Notes: generated from the letters alone by a model not told the origin. A stretch of 62,268 bases of DNA, filler included, from Choristocarpus tenellus KU-1152 (GCA_964200185.2; 9 parts of 9 records of this genome joined end to end with filler, not necessarily neighbours in it); one strand, 5' to 3'. Numbered from the whole stretch's first letter, positions 39,388 to 53,079 are shown. Numbers and translations are program-made.

Positions 39388-40249
39388 CAAGGGCCCGCCG
39401 TTGTCCCTGGAATAGTCTCCCTCGGAAGCCTCCTGCGCCCAATCGAGAACCCACTTTCCTTGGGCGTGGTTCACGAACGAAACCTTTTTTTTTGTTTTCA
39501 AGTTAAAAAAAAAAAAAAGATAAGAAAGGAATACATAGTCTATATATTTAGATTTATATATATATATGGGAAGGCGATACGAGAGCCCTGCGTGCTAGTA
39601 GTAGCAGGTGTATCATATTGAGAGAGGGGATTGAGAGAGGGGATTGAGAGAGGGGACAAGAGAGGGGACAAGAGAGGCGGGTGTGTGAGTATTACTTTTC
39701 TCGCCGGTACTGCACTGCATGGGGTGTAGCCGTGGTGAGAGGGAGAGAGGGAGAGAGAGGTAGAGAGAGGTAGTAAAAAAAATCAACGACAACAAGAAAG
39801 TGAGGACTCTCCTCATCCTCATCCTCATCCTTGGGAGATACATTTGCTACTACTCTACTGCAAATCAAAAAAATCGCACTATTAAAAAAAAATAATAATA
39901 ATAAATATATTTCCACAGAAAAAGAAAAAACAATAAAGAAAAGAAAAAGAAAAGAAAAGAAAAGAAAAAGAAAAAGCACGGCCAACAGCCAACAACAAAA
40001 GACCCAGCAAGACTTTCAGAATATATACCCCCCCCCAACTCCCCAAACACACCTTGCTGCCCTTGTCCTTTTAATGAACTAGCCACTCACCGGCACCCCA
40101 GCCCCCATGAGAGTGATATACTGCATATCAAGGTCACTCTCGGCCTCATTGGCATTGGGGTCAAAGGCAGGACCGTTATACGTCACATCCGGGGGAGTAA
40201 GCCAATCAGAATCAAGCGATAGGAGATTGTGTGCAGCACACATATCAGA
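39388..40249 (-). CDS. Peptidase S53 (sedolisin / tripeptidyl-peptidase I-like), two internal exons
   Basis: Exon 40091-40249 encodes ..NEAESDLDMQYITLMGAGVP (catalytic ExxLD motif); exon 39388-39483 encodes VSFVNHAQGKWVLDWAQEASEGDYSRDNGGPL; both phase 0 with AG/GT borders. Confidence 0.75.
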
Positions 40250-41239
40250 CTGTTGGGTATTACACAACCCACCCATCCATCCATCCATCCATCCATCACA
40301 CAAAGACGAGTCCGTGAATCATGAGTAGACAATAAACAATAAACAATAGACAATAAACAATAAGCAATAAGCAATAAGCAATAAGCATGTCAGTTTTCCG
40401 CCACATGTTCACATGTTAGAAATGTTCACAGGAGAAATGGAAAGGGTCAGATTGGATTGAGGAGAGATGGAGGGGGGGAGGGGGGGAGGGGGGGTCAGAC
40501 AAGAGACGAGGAGAGACAAGCAACATCACATGTCTATCACATGTCTATCACATGTCTACATGTTGCCATGTCAAGGCTCAGGATAGTTCGATACAGTCAC
40601 CGCTGCAGTCAGAGTCACAGTATCTTCTCACAAAGAATATCTTCTCACAAAGAATCAATCGGTCCTTGACGTGGTCATACGCTTCAGGGAGGTTCATTTC
40701 ATGTGTGTTGTATGTGTTGTATGTGTTGTGTTTGAGCTGTGTTTGTGTACGCTCATGGCATGTGTACAGAAAAGACAAGCATCGCCAAGTGAGTAGGCAT
40801 GTCCCTGCTGTGCAACCAGTAAGAAAGGTAATCAAATCAACCTTTCTAACCCAACCAACGCGGTGAAGTTACTCTTATCATATAAGTGCTACATAAGTGC
40901 TACATAAGTGCTACATAAGTGCTACAAATGAGTCCAGGCTATCCAACCACTGAGTCAAAACAAGAATTGTGAGCCCCGTTGAAGGACACTCTCATTCTTC
41001 TTTGCACCCACTTCAGTTATTGAATGAGATACATTGACACAAAATCGGGGTCGAGATCGCTCCCAAATCAACACATACTTCCCAATGCATGCAAGGGGTT
41101 GTACTTTACATATATAAATATGTAAAAAAACAAACATACAAGACTACCCACGGTACTACGCTACATAAAAATAACAGCAGCCCAACCAATAACCCACAAT
41201 TATTTCCACCTACAACGTCATTTACTACAGAGCATTCTC

Positions 41240-41264
41240 GGGTCAAGGTATCTGGGGGGGGGGG
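41240..41264. mobile_element. MITE TIR at contig end
   Basis: GGGTCAAGGTATCTGGGGGGG. Confidence 0.7.
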
Positions 41265-41364
41265 NNNNNNNNNNNNNNNNNNNNNNNNNNNNNNNNNNNN
41301 NNNNNNNNTTAATTAATTAANNNNNNNNNNNNNNNNNNNNNNNNNNNNNNNNNNNNNNNNNNNN

Positions 41365-41411
41365 CCCCCCCCCCCCCCCCACCACCACCACCCCCCCGGA
41401 TACTTTGAGCC
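41365..41411. mobile_element. MITE family A right end at contig start
   Basis: C-run followed by GGATACTTTGAGCC. Confidence 0.8.
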
Positions 41412-41741
41412 TGATGTCCTTCGAAGTATTCAATTATTAGTGCGTACTTCGGGATATGGAAATCGTGTGCATCATCCCTAGGGTTAGGGTTAGGTGAGAA
41501 TCTAACAACATTGTACTCTCTGGACATATTTTGTTCGTGTTGCCACAATTGTTTGTGTTGTCACAAATGAGGATTGACCAATAATCCACAAACGAGATCT
41601 TTTTCAAACATAGTGTGTAAAACGTCAAACCTTTTGGAAAACAATATCCTAATAGGACCATCTCTACCAGTTCCAAGTTAGTTTTCTTCCGCTAGTCCAT
41701 CAACCAGATGAAACATGGGTGCAGTATCGGCCCACAAATTT

Positions 41742-42004
41742 GAGTGAAAGCACCTTAGAGGGTAGAGCCGCGGCCGTTTGGGGGCTAGAACCCATGTTGT
41801 GATTTTGATGTCATTTTTTGGCTACCGTGTTTGTAAAAAGTAGCAATATCCTTGTTCTGGACACACCTTTTCGTGACGTATGCATTCAACCTACTCCGAA
41901 ATGTTTCGGAGTAGGTTAAATGTCGTAAGGAACCCATGGAAAGCCAAGCCCCAAACGGACAAACAGGGCAAAACTCGTACCCTAACCCTAACATACTTTC
42001 ACTC
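41742..42004. mobile_element. MITE family B, complete
   Basis: GAGTGAAAGCACCTTAGAGGGTA..ATACTTTCACTC; flanks ATTT/ATCT; reverse-complement homolog of 6600-6857. Confidence 0.9.
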
Positions 42005-42305
42005 ATCTACTCTTGACTACTGCCACTCGTAGACTTTGTTTGGGCACTACCTTTTACATCTCTAGCTGCTCATATGAATCAGGACATATTGGGGGGGCAT
42101 GTTAGTGCACCCTTTTGGAACGATTGGCACAGTTCCGGACGGAGCATTGGTTTTTCTTCTCCATCTCTTGTATACACTTGTGATTGGCACCAATACTTCA
42201 TAAGGAAGTTATCAGTTATCAAACAGAACACAGCTCAAGTCCGTGAAAATGAAATTGGCATAAGAGACTGGGAGAATCTCAGCACAAGCCCAGGGAATCG
42301 CCCAC

Positions 42306-44884
42306 CTTTCCAAGCTTAAAAAGACGGACAAGCTTGAGGAGGCGAACCAATCGCATGATCCGCAGGAGCTTTGTCGAGCGGAACACTGCACTGTCCGGGT
42401 CTCCTTCACTCTTCGCCTGCATACCACCACCACAAAGCCATCCCAAAGTTGTGACAACACGACCCCAATTGGGAAAAACAATTGAGAAAAAAAAAAAAAT
42501 GCACAAGATGAGATTGCAAAGATCAGACTCAAGCCGAATCACTCCTGCTGTAGCTCTTTTCGAGGGGGAGGGGAGGCGAACTAGCGGTATAAAAATGGAG
42601 GGCAGGTGTTCACCCGCGTTTAATCTTGCAGAATGAGCACTATGGGGGAGGACTAATTGTGCTCAGTGTGATCACACTAAGGTGGATCTAGGGAGTTCAC
42701 CAATACAGGAAAAGACACAAGACTGCTCTGCAGATGTCCACCCACATTTAATCTTGCAGAATGAGCACTATGGGGGAGGACTAATTGTGCTTTGTGTGAT
42801 CACACTAAGGTGGGTCTAGGGAGTTCTCCAATACAGGAAAAAATATGAGATTGTTCCGCCAGGAGGGCTTCCTTCCCCACACCAAGGACTGCAGCAATGC
42901 ACTCAGTTTCACCTCAATCAGTAGCGGTTCCAGGTAAGAACCGATTGACAACTATTCAAGCCTGAGTCTGTAGGTATGTTCCAACTCAAGGTGCCATTCA
43001 ACCGCTCCTCATCCTCCACCTATCAATTTCTGACAACGCGGATTACATCATCCAATGTGAAGGGGGGCTCTCACCAATGTGTCTATTGGAACTGTGGACA
43101 GGAAGTCAATAAAGAACCAGCCCTTGAGGTATTTGCGGCATATCTCTTTGCTCCGTACTACTGGCTCGCCATTCTGAACAGGGAAGGCATGAAGATGGAA
43201 CAGGAAAGGTAAAATACAGAGGTGCTAGGGGATCAGCCTGTGTTAAGAGTAAGTTCAAGAAAAAAGAAGCAACACAACAAGCGCCACCTTGATGACCACA
43301 TTTTACAATCCCTTACGCTAGTCCCGTGCAGTTCGTCAAGAATGTCCTGAGTCAAAGCATTTAAGAGGGTAGGGCTGCATCTATTCTGGGGCATAAATCC
43401 AATGCTGCGATTTTGATGAATTTTGGTTATCGTGTTTGTTAGCAAATGCCAATGCCCTTGCTCTGGACACACCTTTCATAGTTGCATACATTTTAGGAAA
43501 CTGCATTCACACAGAAAACCGAAAAAGGGCATAAGAAAAACGTGGGAAGCCAAGTCCCAAATGGACAAACAGGGCGAAACTCCCTAACCCTCTTAAATGC
43601 GTTTCCTCTCCCTTAACTCTCTCTCCCTCAATAAACCTTGGCTAGTTCTTTTTTCCCCAGCCCTGTCATACCTCATCAATAATGGCAGTCCTGAAGTTTG
43701 TGACTATGTCGAGAAAAAATGCCACATCCACCACGATATCTATAATTGTCCCGAAAAGTCCAGCTTCTTGGTCAAAACCGATCCGAAATGGGACGGTTAG
43801 AGTAGAATAGACAATGAGCACAGCGATCATGAGATCCCACTTGATTTTCCGCTGAGCATAGGGGTGGATGATCCATTTACTTCCGGGGGAAAGCACTGGT
43901 TCTTTCTTTTCATTAATCCTTTCATTCGAAACCAGATCTGCCGCAATAATGCCTGACAAAATTTCTGTCTCCTTGGCTGTCTCAGGCACATTGCACATGG
44001 TAATCCATGTGTCTCGTGTCTCTTTCTCCTTGATCAAGAGTGATTCCTTGTTGGCAGAGTCGTCGTCCTGCATTGCATATTAGGCAGAGAAGGTGCAACA
44101 AACTCTGCTGCAGGTTATCTGAAGCAGATGGAAAACACAGGATATGTTCACTCTACTAATGGCTCTATATCCCTATCTATTCAAAATGGTAGTGGAAGGG
44201 ACTTGATATAATACAAAAAAAGAGAGGGAATGACTGGGAGGGCCAGCAAGGACTAAATAGAGCAGTTGCTTAGTGTTTGGGAATCGTGCTACACAGAAAA
44301 CCTCGAAGGAGGTTCCCAGTGTCGACATCAAGGAGGACGTTATGCCATAAGCAGGCGGGTCTGCCTGCAAGAGGAGGTATGGTTATTTCTTCAGATGCCC
44401 AAGGAATAACTGTTGCTGAAGCTGCAGGATTTTCAAGCTGTTTTTAGGTGGCTGAGCTTATTACTAGTAACAATTGTTTTTTCTGTTCTTGCTTGCTCCA
44501 TCCACCTCCCTGAACAATGCTGTCCCACTAGCAATGCAATTACTCCAGTCTCACCATTACTGGGTGGAAATCCCTAGAGATGATATTCATGTGAATCATT
44601 TCGACCCTCTTCCTCACGATATCGGTGAAAGTCATGTTTCTCGTCATCCTGCGTGTTCCCACATTCCCCATTCTTCCTGTCACCCCACGTCTGGACTGGC
44701 TGGCTGAGTCCACGACATCCCCAATTGAAACCTTGTTGCCCTTCTGCCTCTTCCTTCCCTGCCATTGTCCATGGGTACCTGCCCCTCGTCCGGCATTGAT
44801 GCGTTGTTTGTGTACCTGGCTCGATAGCATTGTGATGACTGACCGAACCAACCAGTTGAATGCCAGAGATATTGGCAGGTCCAA
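42306..44884 (-). CDS. Voltage-gated K+ / cyclic-nucleotide-binding-domain (EAG/KCNH-like) channel, S1-S4 exons
   Basis: Exon 43672-44067 (WIIHPY..WDLMIAVLIVYS..VPFRIGF..FFLDIVTNFRTA), 43075-43173 (KYLKGWFFIDFLSTVP) and 42306-42416 (S4 KLLRIMRLVRLLKLVR); possible upstream exon at 44555-44880. Confidence 0.9.
42602..42857 (+). repeat. About 128-bp tandem duplication in an intron
   Basis: TTTAATCTTGCAGAATGAGCACTATGGGGGAGGACTAATTGTGCT..CCAATACAGGAAAA at 42619 and 42747. Confidence 0.9.
43349..43608. mobile_element. MITE family B variant in a K+ channel intron
   Basis: GAGTCAAAGCATTTAAGAGGGT..ACCCTCTTAAATGCGTTTCCTC; contains CCAAATGGACAAACAGGGC; flanks TCCT/TCCC. Confidence 0.85.
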
Positions 44885-47658
44885 TCAGTCGGCGGGAGGC
44901 TCCCCGGTTAAGCCCTTCTGTTGCATTGACAAAACCAGGTGCCAACCTTCAAGGTGCATAAGGGTAAAAATATGCGATGAAATTTGAGCGCAGTAAGGAT
45001 TAACGGTAAGAGCAGAGATGGATAATAGATACGCGTGTATCCTCGGACAAGGCGTCTGTCTGTACCTGAGGCCTCGAGAATTCCATCGTGGGTTCCCCAG
45101 TTCAGAGGTAACGTTTTCCCAAGGATCATAATAGACCAGGAAACATTAAGTCACGAGACGGCAGGAGTGCGCAACTATACTCACGTCCTTTGTCCTTACC
45201 CCTCATAACAAATCGTGAGGGGGGAGAGAATCGTCGATGGGGTAGCCTTCCACATGCTGGCCGGTAGGGTGCAATAACCCTCCGGCCAGCAACCTTGAGG
45301 CCTTTCTTTGCACTGCAGAGTATCACCACTACCCTCTTCCGAAGTTGAACTTCCTACACCTTCTACTTCTTGCGGTTCTTGTCAATTACGTCGCTCAGGT
45401 TCACGTCGGGGGTGAATCACTTATCAAATTGCTTAGCAAAGAGCGAGGTCCAAAAAACGGTTTCAGAAAATGTTGGCAAAGAGACACAAGAAGGAGAGCA
45501 AAAAAAAAAGTCGATCGAGTGTGCTGACAGTTCCCCACGCACAGTTGCGCAAGCACCCAGGAAAGAAAGCAGGTACAGTAGGAAAGTAATGCATTGCTTT
45601 CTTGCTGCATACGCGAGCACACCAGCTAAGAGAAGAAGCTTTGCTCCATCATGGAGAAGAGAGGGCAAATAAGAAGCCTAGATGAAGTTGACTGCGTACT
45701 ACACCGACGTGAGGGACGAACAAGGTTTTTAATGCACCAACCATTGAATGACTGCACGCTGTCCTCCTTGCTGCTGGTCCTCTTCTTTTGCACATTTTTA
45801 TAAGATGAGCGCGTATACACAACTTGGGACTGTTGTATCTAATATTGATGTATGTATTTCTCAAAATGCGAAATTACACCAGGTACTACTGCTACTACTT
45901 CTCTTACCAAAAAATGTAGCAAGAAATTTTCCTAGTAATCACAGTGATGCTCACTCGCGTGATTCAAACTTAGAATCTACTACTACTACTGTTCATCAGG
46001 AAGAGAAGTAGGACCGACTGCAATGAATCATCTTCACACAATAAATTTTATTAAAATGATGAGAACAGTAATACTTCCAAAAATAATAACGAAGTGCCAC
46101 AGGTTTTCCTGGAGTGCAAGCAATTTGCTCATAGGAACAAGATATTACACTTCTACTGGTGCATACTACGGTATATATAAATGTTTAGTATCATCACAAG
46201 AAACTTCCATGAAGATGCGTAAAATAAATTCGCAAGTCCCACTCCATCCGTCCGTGGGCATCGCATCACCCATGATCATACCTGAACCAACCATCTCGCA
46301 ACAGCCAAAAGTATTCGGTGCAAGGTTTGGGCTGACGTCTTCACAGGTGAAAAAATGAAGTAGAGATAGGACTACTAATCAGCTATTGTGTAGTGGTTGT
46401 CCATAGAGGTCTCATAGTGAATTCTTCTGTGAAAATCGAATAATAGATTCATCGAAATATAAAAATTGTTAATATCCTGTACTTCGTATTGTTTCTCTAT
46501 ATAACAACAAAAGTATCTTCCTCAGAACGGCACTACTGTTAACAAAAATAAACAAGGTTGCATCAAGGGGACAATTGATGCAAACTTTGAAGCTGTCCAG
46601 GACCGGATGCTAACCAATGAAATTACTTCTATCTACCAAGCCCTAGCATTGTCTCCATGTGCAAGATGTTGCCCACAACCTTGTATTGGTGGGTACGCAT
46701 ACATGCAGACAATAAAAAAATAAAGATAATGCCCTGCGAGCAATATAACTGACCTCTACGCAAAGAACGGAGATTAGACTGAGTACATCATGCGGGGAAA
46801 GATAAATTCTACGACTACACCGACAGAATATCCATGTAGAGTAAGGAGGGCGACTTGATTTGTAAAGAGCATACTACATACCAGAATCTTCCTTGGCAAG
46901 TAATGGCAGTTCCCAGTGACAACTGCAGGTTCTCATGGACAAACCTCATAATCATGGAGAATGGTGAATGTGCCTAGGCTCCAAAGGGCTGCAAGACATG
47001 ACTGTCCCACACGGGCAAAGGAACCAAGCAAGATGCAATCTTGCATTAACATCTTCTCTACAAGGATCAGGAGTTGAGGATGTTTCCTCTGTGTGCACTC
47101 CCTTGCACGTCTCTTCATACACCTCAGTCAGCTATTGGTCTACAACAGACAGGTTTTGAGTTGCAGACAATACAGCACAATGCAGAGCCCTAACCACTAG
47201 TGCAGCATAGGAGACTATTAACAAACTTATTGACGATGGAGCCCAATTTTCGTATCTCCTTCACAAAACCATTTCAGTCTTGAAAGCTCGATTCACATGA
47301 GCACTCAACCAAAAAAACACACAGGCACAATGGGATACACAAGGCATACAGATAGGGGCAACAAAAAGCAAGGACGCTTTTCCTGGAGAGGTCAAATAGC
47401 ACCTGATGATCACCTTCTTGGAATACAGTGTGCCATACTGAGTCCTCCTCACACACCCAAACAGATCTGTCAGTAGAAAAACGGTCAACTCGGCAATTCA
47501 ACTTGGAGAAGCCAGCACAACAAATTGTGCATCCTCTATCTCCATCTCTCGTTTCATTTATTTCAGCACCTCTATTTTTCCACTGCAGTTTCTTTTTAGT
47601 GCTTCAGAGTGACCATCAAACAGCTCTGCTGCACCTTTTACCCAATCAGCCTTGACTC

Positions 47659-48739
47659 TCAGAGATAGTACGCGAGGAGGCCATCCTTTGTCATCTCATT
47701 GTGACAAATCTTGGCAAAGTCAAGCATGAGTGCCTTGAAACGGTGGCGACTGTCGGACAAGAGACGGAACACTGCGTCCATCACATGTTGTCGTTCCTGT
47801 CAGACATCCCAAACACCAGGAAAGGAGTAGCAGGTTTGGGGGGGGCAGCAATGATTAACTGGCAGTTGATGCTCACTGAGGGGGGTGCGAGGATTGATTG
47901 TACTGGATGAAGGGAACGCAGTCACTACAAATAGAGGAGGATCCCAAAAGATATCCAAGGGAGAAATGTAGTTGTGAGGGGTAACAACAGTTGAGGGCAA
48001 CGCCTGCTAGGGAGAATACAAAACCCTTCCAGCAGCTAAGCAAACAAATACACAGGAAACACAGAAGACAAAAGTTCGTTGCCCACCTCAAACTGAATTT
48101 GTGAGGGTCAATTATTGAAGCCGTACTCTCATATTTTGCTAGTGTTCGTGCTATTGATGTTTTTAATACTCTTGTGTAGTGTAAGCTCCACAGGAAATGT
48201 CACTCCAAGCACCCATTCTGTAGAGATGCCAATCGTGGAGGACGAACTGTCCCTGCAATGTCCCCACATTTTGTGGAGCCAAGGCCTCCCTAGGACCCCC
48301 TGTACACAACTCCTCACTACTGGCAAAAAAAATATTATCAGCCTAAGGCACAACACAATTTCCGAGAGTGTAAACACATTCCAATAAACACAACCAACCA
48401 AATTTTGTCTTACACACCCTCTAATCTGATCATCGAAAGACAACCCTGCATCTTCCCACCATCCCCTCAATCACACCATCACACTTCAAATAGTTTACAC
48501 CTCTTCTCCCAGTGCTGCGCACACACTCCCATCCTGTAGAGCATTGAAGACCCACTGTCGAGCGAGCCCCTGGTGCTGTGGCTCAGAAAACGCCCTGAGA
48601 ATGGCGTACAACGCATCAATAAGATTCGGCCAAAGAAGAGATGGAGACGCGCCCTGCATCACAAAAACGGCCATCACCACGCAAGACATTATGAGCAGAG
48701 GAAGGCCGGCATTAGAGCCAGCAAGCTGTGCTCCCCCAC
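47659..48739 (-). CDS. Importin-13 / transportin-SR-like karyopherin, last two exons
   Basis: Terminal exon 47659-47796 ERQHVMDAVFRLLSDSRHRFKALMLDFAKICHNEMTKDGLLAYYL* resembles the family C-terminus; preceding exon from 48501 encodes SPSLLWPNLIDALYAIL..RQWVFNAL. Confidence 0.65.
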
Positions 48740-49182
48740 TGTAGGCAGCATCCTTTCCTAGATCACATTTTAAACACTATCTAAATTGGACTACCTTACT
48801 CTAGACTACCTCCTTCAAAAAACGAACACAGCATACACAACACAGAAAACGATATATAAAAAGCTCCTTTGCAATTTCAAAAAGTAGCTCAGTACCGTGG
48901 AACTGCCCTTACACATTCAGTTACGTCTTCAACGGGTGGCACCAGTACATCTACATGGCTTGCCCCAACAACTGACTTGTCCTTGACAATTCTATCCCCC
49001 CCCCCCCCACCCCCCCCCACCCCCCTTTTCCCCCCCCCCCCCCCCAAAAACCAAGAGCGCAAGGGGAATTCCCTCCCACACCNNNNNNNNNNNNNNNNNN
49101 NNNNNNNNNNNNNNNNNNNNNNNNNNTTAATTAATTAANNNNNNNNNNNNNNNNNNNNNNNNNNNNNNNNNNNNNNNNNNNN

Positions 49183-51125
49183 ATCTGATATTGATGAGGC
49201 ATTGGAGCACAGAAGGGAACCCATCAGAGTGGGTGACATTGAATTCACTAAGGGGGAAGATGTCAGTGAAGAAGAGGTCACCAAGGCCAAGAAGGCTTAT
49301 GACGTCCTGCTAAGGAGCACCAGTGGGATTTACAGGTGTATCGTCCGCAATGCAGCATCACCTTCAGGAGCCTGGAAACAGCTACGTGAAGACTTCCTTA
49401 TTCAATCAGATGAGGAAATAGCCAGACTCCAAAGGAGAGTAATAACAGTCAAAATGCCTTGGGGGTCAGACCCCCAAATCACTTTTATATGTTGGACTGC
49501 GTTGGCCAGATGGCGATGATGGGGCATGTGATGTCCAAGTAGGGGTCCTAGAAATCGCTATGTTAGACTATTTGGATGACGACTACCAGATCACCAAACT
49601 TTATCTCCAGCACCATCATAAGAGTGAGCGTTCGAGAGCCACGATACAGCAAGCTGCTCGTTCGCGCTACTTCTCTCTTCTACGGAAAGCAGCTGATCGC
49701 GGAGAGCCAGGGAGCGCTCTGTCCGCCCAGACCCAGCTAAAGGTTAGCCGTTGAGGCATCCAGGGTACGACTGGTCCTCGTACACACCCTGGAACGACAG
49801 GATCCTGTACCAGGGGGCTGACCAAGGCCAGAGAAATATGCACAAGGTGCGGATTGGTAAAACACACAGGTCCTTGCACATATAAAGGACTGTGCTACAG
49901 CTGCGGGAGCAGAGGCCACCAGCAAGCTGTTTGCCCTCAGAGGAGGGTAGGACCACCAAAGTCGGTGGCAAGTTCATATCGCCAGAGGACGACTCTGCTC
50001 AAGTCGGTGGAAGAACTAGCTGGATCAGAGGAACCGGCTAGACCAGGGAGAAAATTTAAGACCATGTTAGCCGCGATGACTAACAATGGCGAGGTGAGTT
50101 TGAATGCTCTCGAAACGTGGAGTTTTGATTCGGGGGCCTCCAATAGTGTGACAAAAGACTCGACTCATATGTATGACTTCACCACATGTTTACAAGGCCA
50201 CAAAATGACTGTGGCTGATGGCACATCACTACCCATGTGTAGGGTATGGCAAAATTGATTTGAATTTCATATGTTCGTCACAATGAATGGGTGAATGTTA
50301 CGTTGGCGTCTGTTGCACTTGTCCCGAAGATAGTTTTCAATCTTCTCTCTTCACATTCTCCTGGTAGGGCTAAGGAAATGACCATCAAATTGACTGATGA
50401 TGAATACCACATATCTGGTAGGGAGGGTTTTCCGCTTGTTTTTAAGTGGAATGGATCCATGTACACTGCTAACGCCGAAAGGTTACCACCCCCAGAAGAA
50501 ACACCTTCGTCCGCAACTGTCTCTTCCACACCCATGCACATCAACGTTTTTCACCGCATTGTCAACCATGCTGGTGGGCGGATCCTTCGATGCACAGCAC
50601 ATGAGCAAGGAGTCACACTGTCCGGGAATTTAGCGTCGACAAAGTTGATAGGATGTGCATAAGGGATTAGAATAAAGGATCATGTCCCCAAGTCCATCAA
50701 TGTACGAGCTAGGGGACCCTTCACTCGCATTCTTATTGACCTTACAGGACCCAAGACAGCCAAATCCCTTGGTGGGGCTGAATATGCCCTGGCAATAGTT
50801 GATGATGCGACTCGCTTCACATGGATACAACTACTCCAGAAGAAGAGTAATGCTACCAAGGCTCTTAGGCGATGTTTTAAGGCTGAGATACTTCCCAGTG
50901 GGCGCGAATTCACCGTATCCGACATGACCCAGGGGGTGAGAGGCAGAGTGAGGAATTCCAGGATTTGGTAACGCTAATGGGTGCGGTGCAGGAAATGACT
51001 AGGACAGGGGAACCTCAGTATAATGGTGTTGCTGAACGTCGCATTGCTCAAGTGGATAGTGGTGCCAGGGCCAGCATTTATTCTGCGGGATGGGGGGATA
51101 AAATGTGGTTGTGGCGAGAAGCATA
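49183..51125 (+). mobile_element. Ty1/Copia LTR retrotransposon internal region (gag-protease-integrase), degenerate and truncated
   Basis: gag SPSGAWKQLRE; zinc knuckle CYSCGSRGHQQAVC; protease WSFDSGAS; pre-integrase HRIVNH; integrase IDLTGP..YALAIVDDATRFTW and PQYNGVAERR; several stops and frameshifts. Confidence 0.93.
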
Positions 51126-51126
51126 C

Positions 51127-51298
51127 ATACAACACACACACGCACACACACACACATGTTCATCAAAAACTTCACATGCTGTCTAAAAACTCGAACTGCA
51201 ACTCAGAGGGCAGATGCTGACCAAGAATTTGCCAGTTCGAGTTTTTAGACAGCATGTGAAGTTTTTAATGAACATGTAAGGTAACGTGTGTGTTGTAT
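51127..51298. repeat. Long inverted repeat (foldback or MITE-like hairpin)
   Basis: 51154-51198 pairs with 51233-51277 (45 bp, one mismatch); outer ATACAACACACAC / GTGTGTGTTGTAT also pair. Confidence 0.9.
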
Positions 51299-52954
51299 TA
51301 TTTTTAATGCAGTTGAGTACTAATACTTGTTTTCAGCAAGGGGAGGATGTCGAATAACCTAGTGTTATCCTTACGTTATCTGTGCTGACCCAAGTATATA
51401 ACATAGGTTATATGTATGTTTATAATTAGTTAGGTACGATTCAAAGTACGAATGTGCATAGAAATATAGCAAGTCAACATTCATTCACACGTCAGTGATG
51501 ATGGCGGGCAATGAATGATTCAGAGTATGTTTTACCATGTAACTCAACTACTAGCTTTCTGCGGCGGGCCTTATATGTGCCAAGTTCTTCAACATCCCGC
51601 TCCCCTTCCTTATCTTTTCTCTGTCGAGGTATTAGACTCAAGTAGTAGTCTCGAGTAGAGGGCCCATTCATCTGTAGTGAACCGAGCTGACTCATCTAGT
51701 GTGGGGTGATGATGGCCCCTACGCGTCATATCGCAGGCAGAAGAAGAAGATGCCCAGGTGATCAGTCACCAGTTATTTTGAACCTTCACCTTCACTTATC
51801 CATTTGATTTTTGGTTCAGAAATGTTTAAGACTGAGTAAGTGTGCCTTGCCTCTGATGTAGGACTGAAATAAGAAAAGACAAGATATAGGAAAAAAAAGG
51901 TAGTGAATCAATAGCTCATTGTCATCCGAATCCTACAGTAGTACAGCTTCCAAGAAGGGTGTATGAAACCACCATATAGGACTGCTCCCTGTAACACAGC
52001 ATAGTTGTCAAATGCAAACATTTATGGGTTTATCGCTCTTAGCATCGACAGCCGAGCTTAGCCAAGTCATCTCCAACTCCACTCCCTGCCAAGGGCAAGT
52101 ACTTGGATTTGAGAACGGCCTAGCCAATCGTGAAGTGGCAGCCTTTCCAAGGAAGAACGCAAAAGGTTGTACTTAGCTCCTCACTTCCCTCATCGCCACC
52201 TCTCTCCAGGCTCTCTCCCTCCTGAACCTACATGACACCACCGTCACAATCAACGCCATCCCCATCCCCATCCCTATCCCTATCATCGTTGCCATCGTCA
52301 TTGTCATCACTCTCACCCCCTTTGTACACGTGTTCAGAGTTTTAGATTACTCAGTCTGGCCCCTCTCCGTCTATGAGGTCTCCTTCTTCACCGTCCTCCT
52401 TGTACATGGTAGTATTGAGGTTGAATCGTACCACACCTTCCCGGTCAAATTGCAAACCTTTGGAGCTCCACTTGGTGGATGACTTCTAAACGCTGGGTCG
52501 GCTTCTGTGGTGGTATGAGCGTGGATGGATGAAGAATTGTTCGATGGGGAAAATTTGCAGTATGGGTGAGTTGTAGTGTGTTGTGAAGATAATGAGAACA
52601 AACAAGATGTCCCATGCACTTCGAAGAGGATAGATGAGAAGTGAGGATGCCACAAAAGTACAAAATTCTGGAGTAATTGCTAGAACTAGTGCTACATCCA
52701 CTAGTCAAAATAGTTGGCTGTCAAAAGGTACTTCAATAAATCACTGCCCACATTTTGTTCTTTCTCAGGAGTAAGAGAGACCGCAACACACACACTTAAT
52801 GAATACCAGAGACCATCTCAACAAGAAGGTCAACTTCAAGGTGAGAACTTTCATGAAGACGTATGATACAAAACATCAAACAATTACAATATAGTGGAAA
52901 ACAACAAATGTGCTAACGTGCCTCTTGAGGATATGTATATTGTGTATATGGTCC

Positions 52955-52979
52955 GACCCAAAGTATCCGGGAGGGGGGG
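52955..52979. mobile_element. MITE family A left end at contig end
   Basis: GACCCAAAGTATCCGGGAGGGGG. Confidence 0.8.
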
Positions 52980-53079
52980 NNNNNNNNNNNNNNNNNNNNN
53001 NNNNNNNNNNNNNNNNNNNNNNNTTAATTAATTAANNNNNNNNNNNNNNNNNNNNNNNNNNNNNNNNNNNNNNNNNNNN

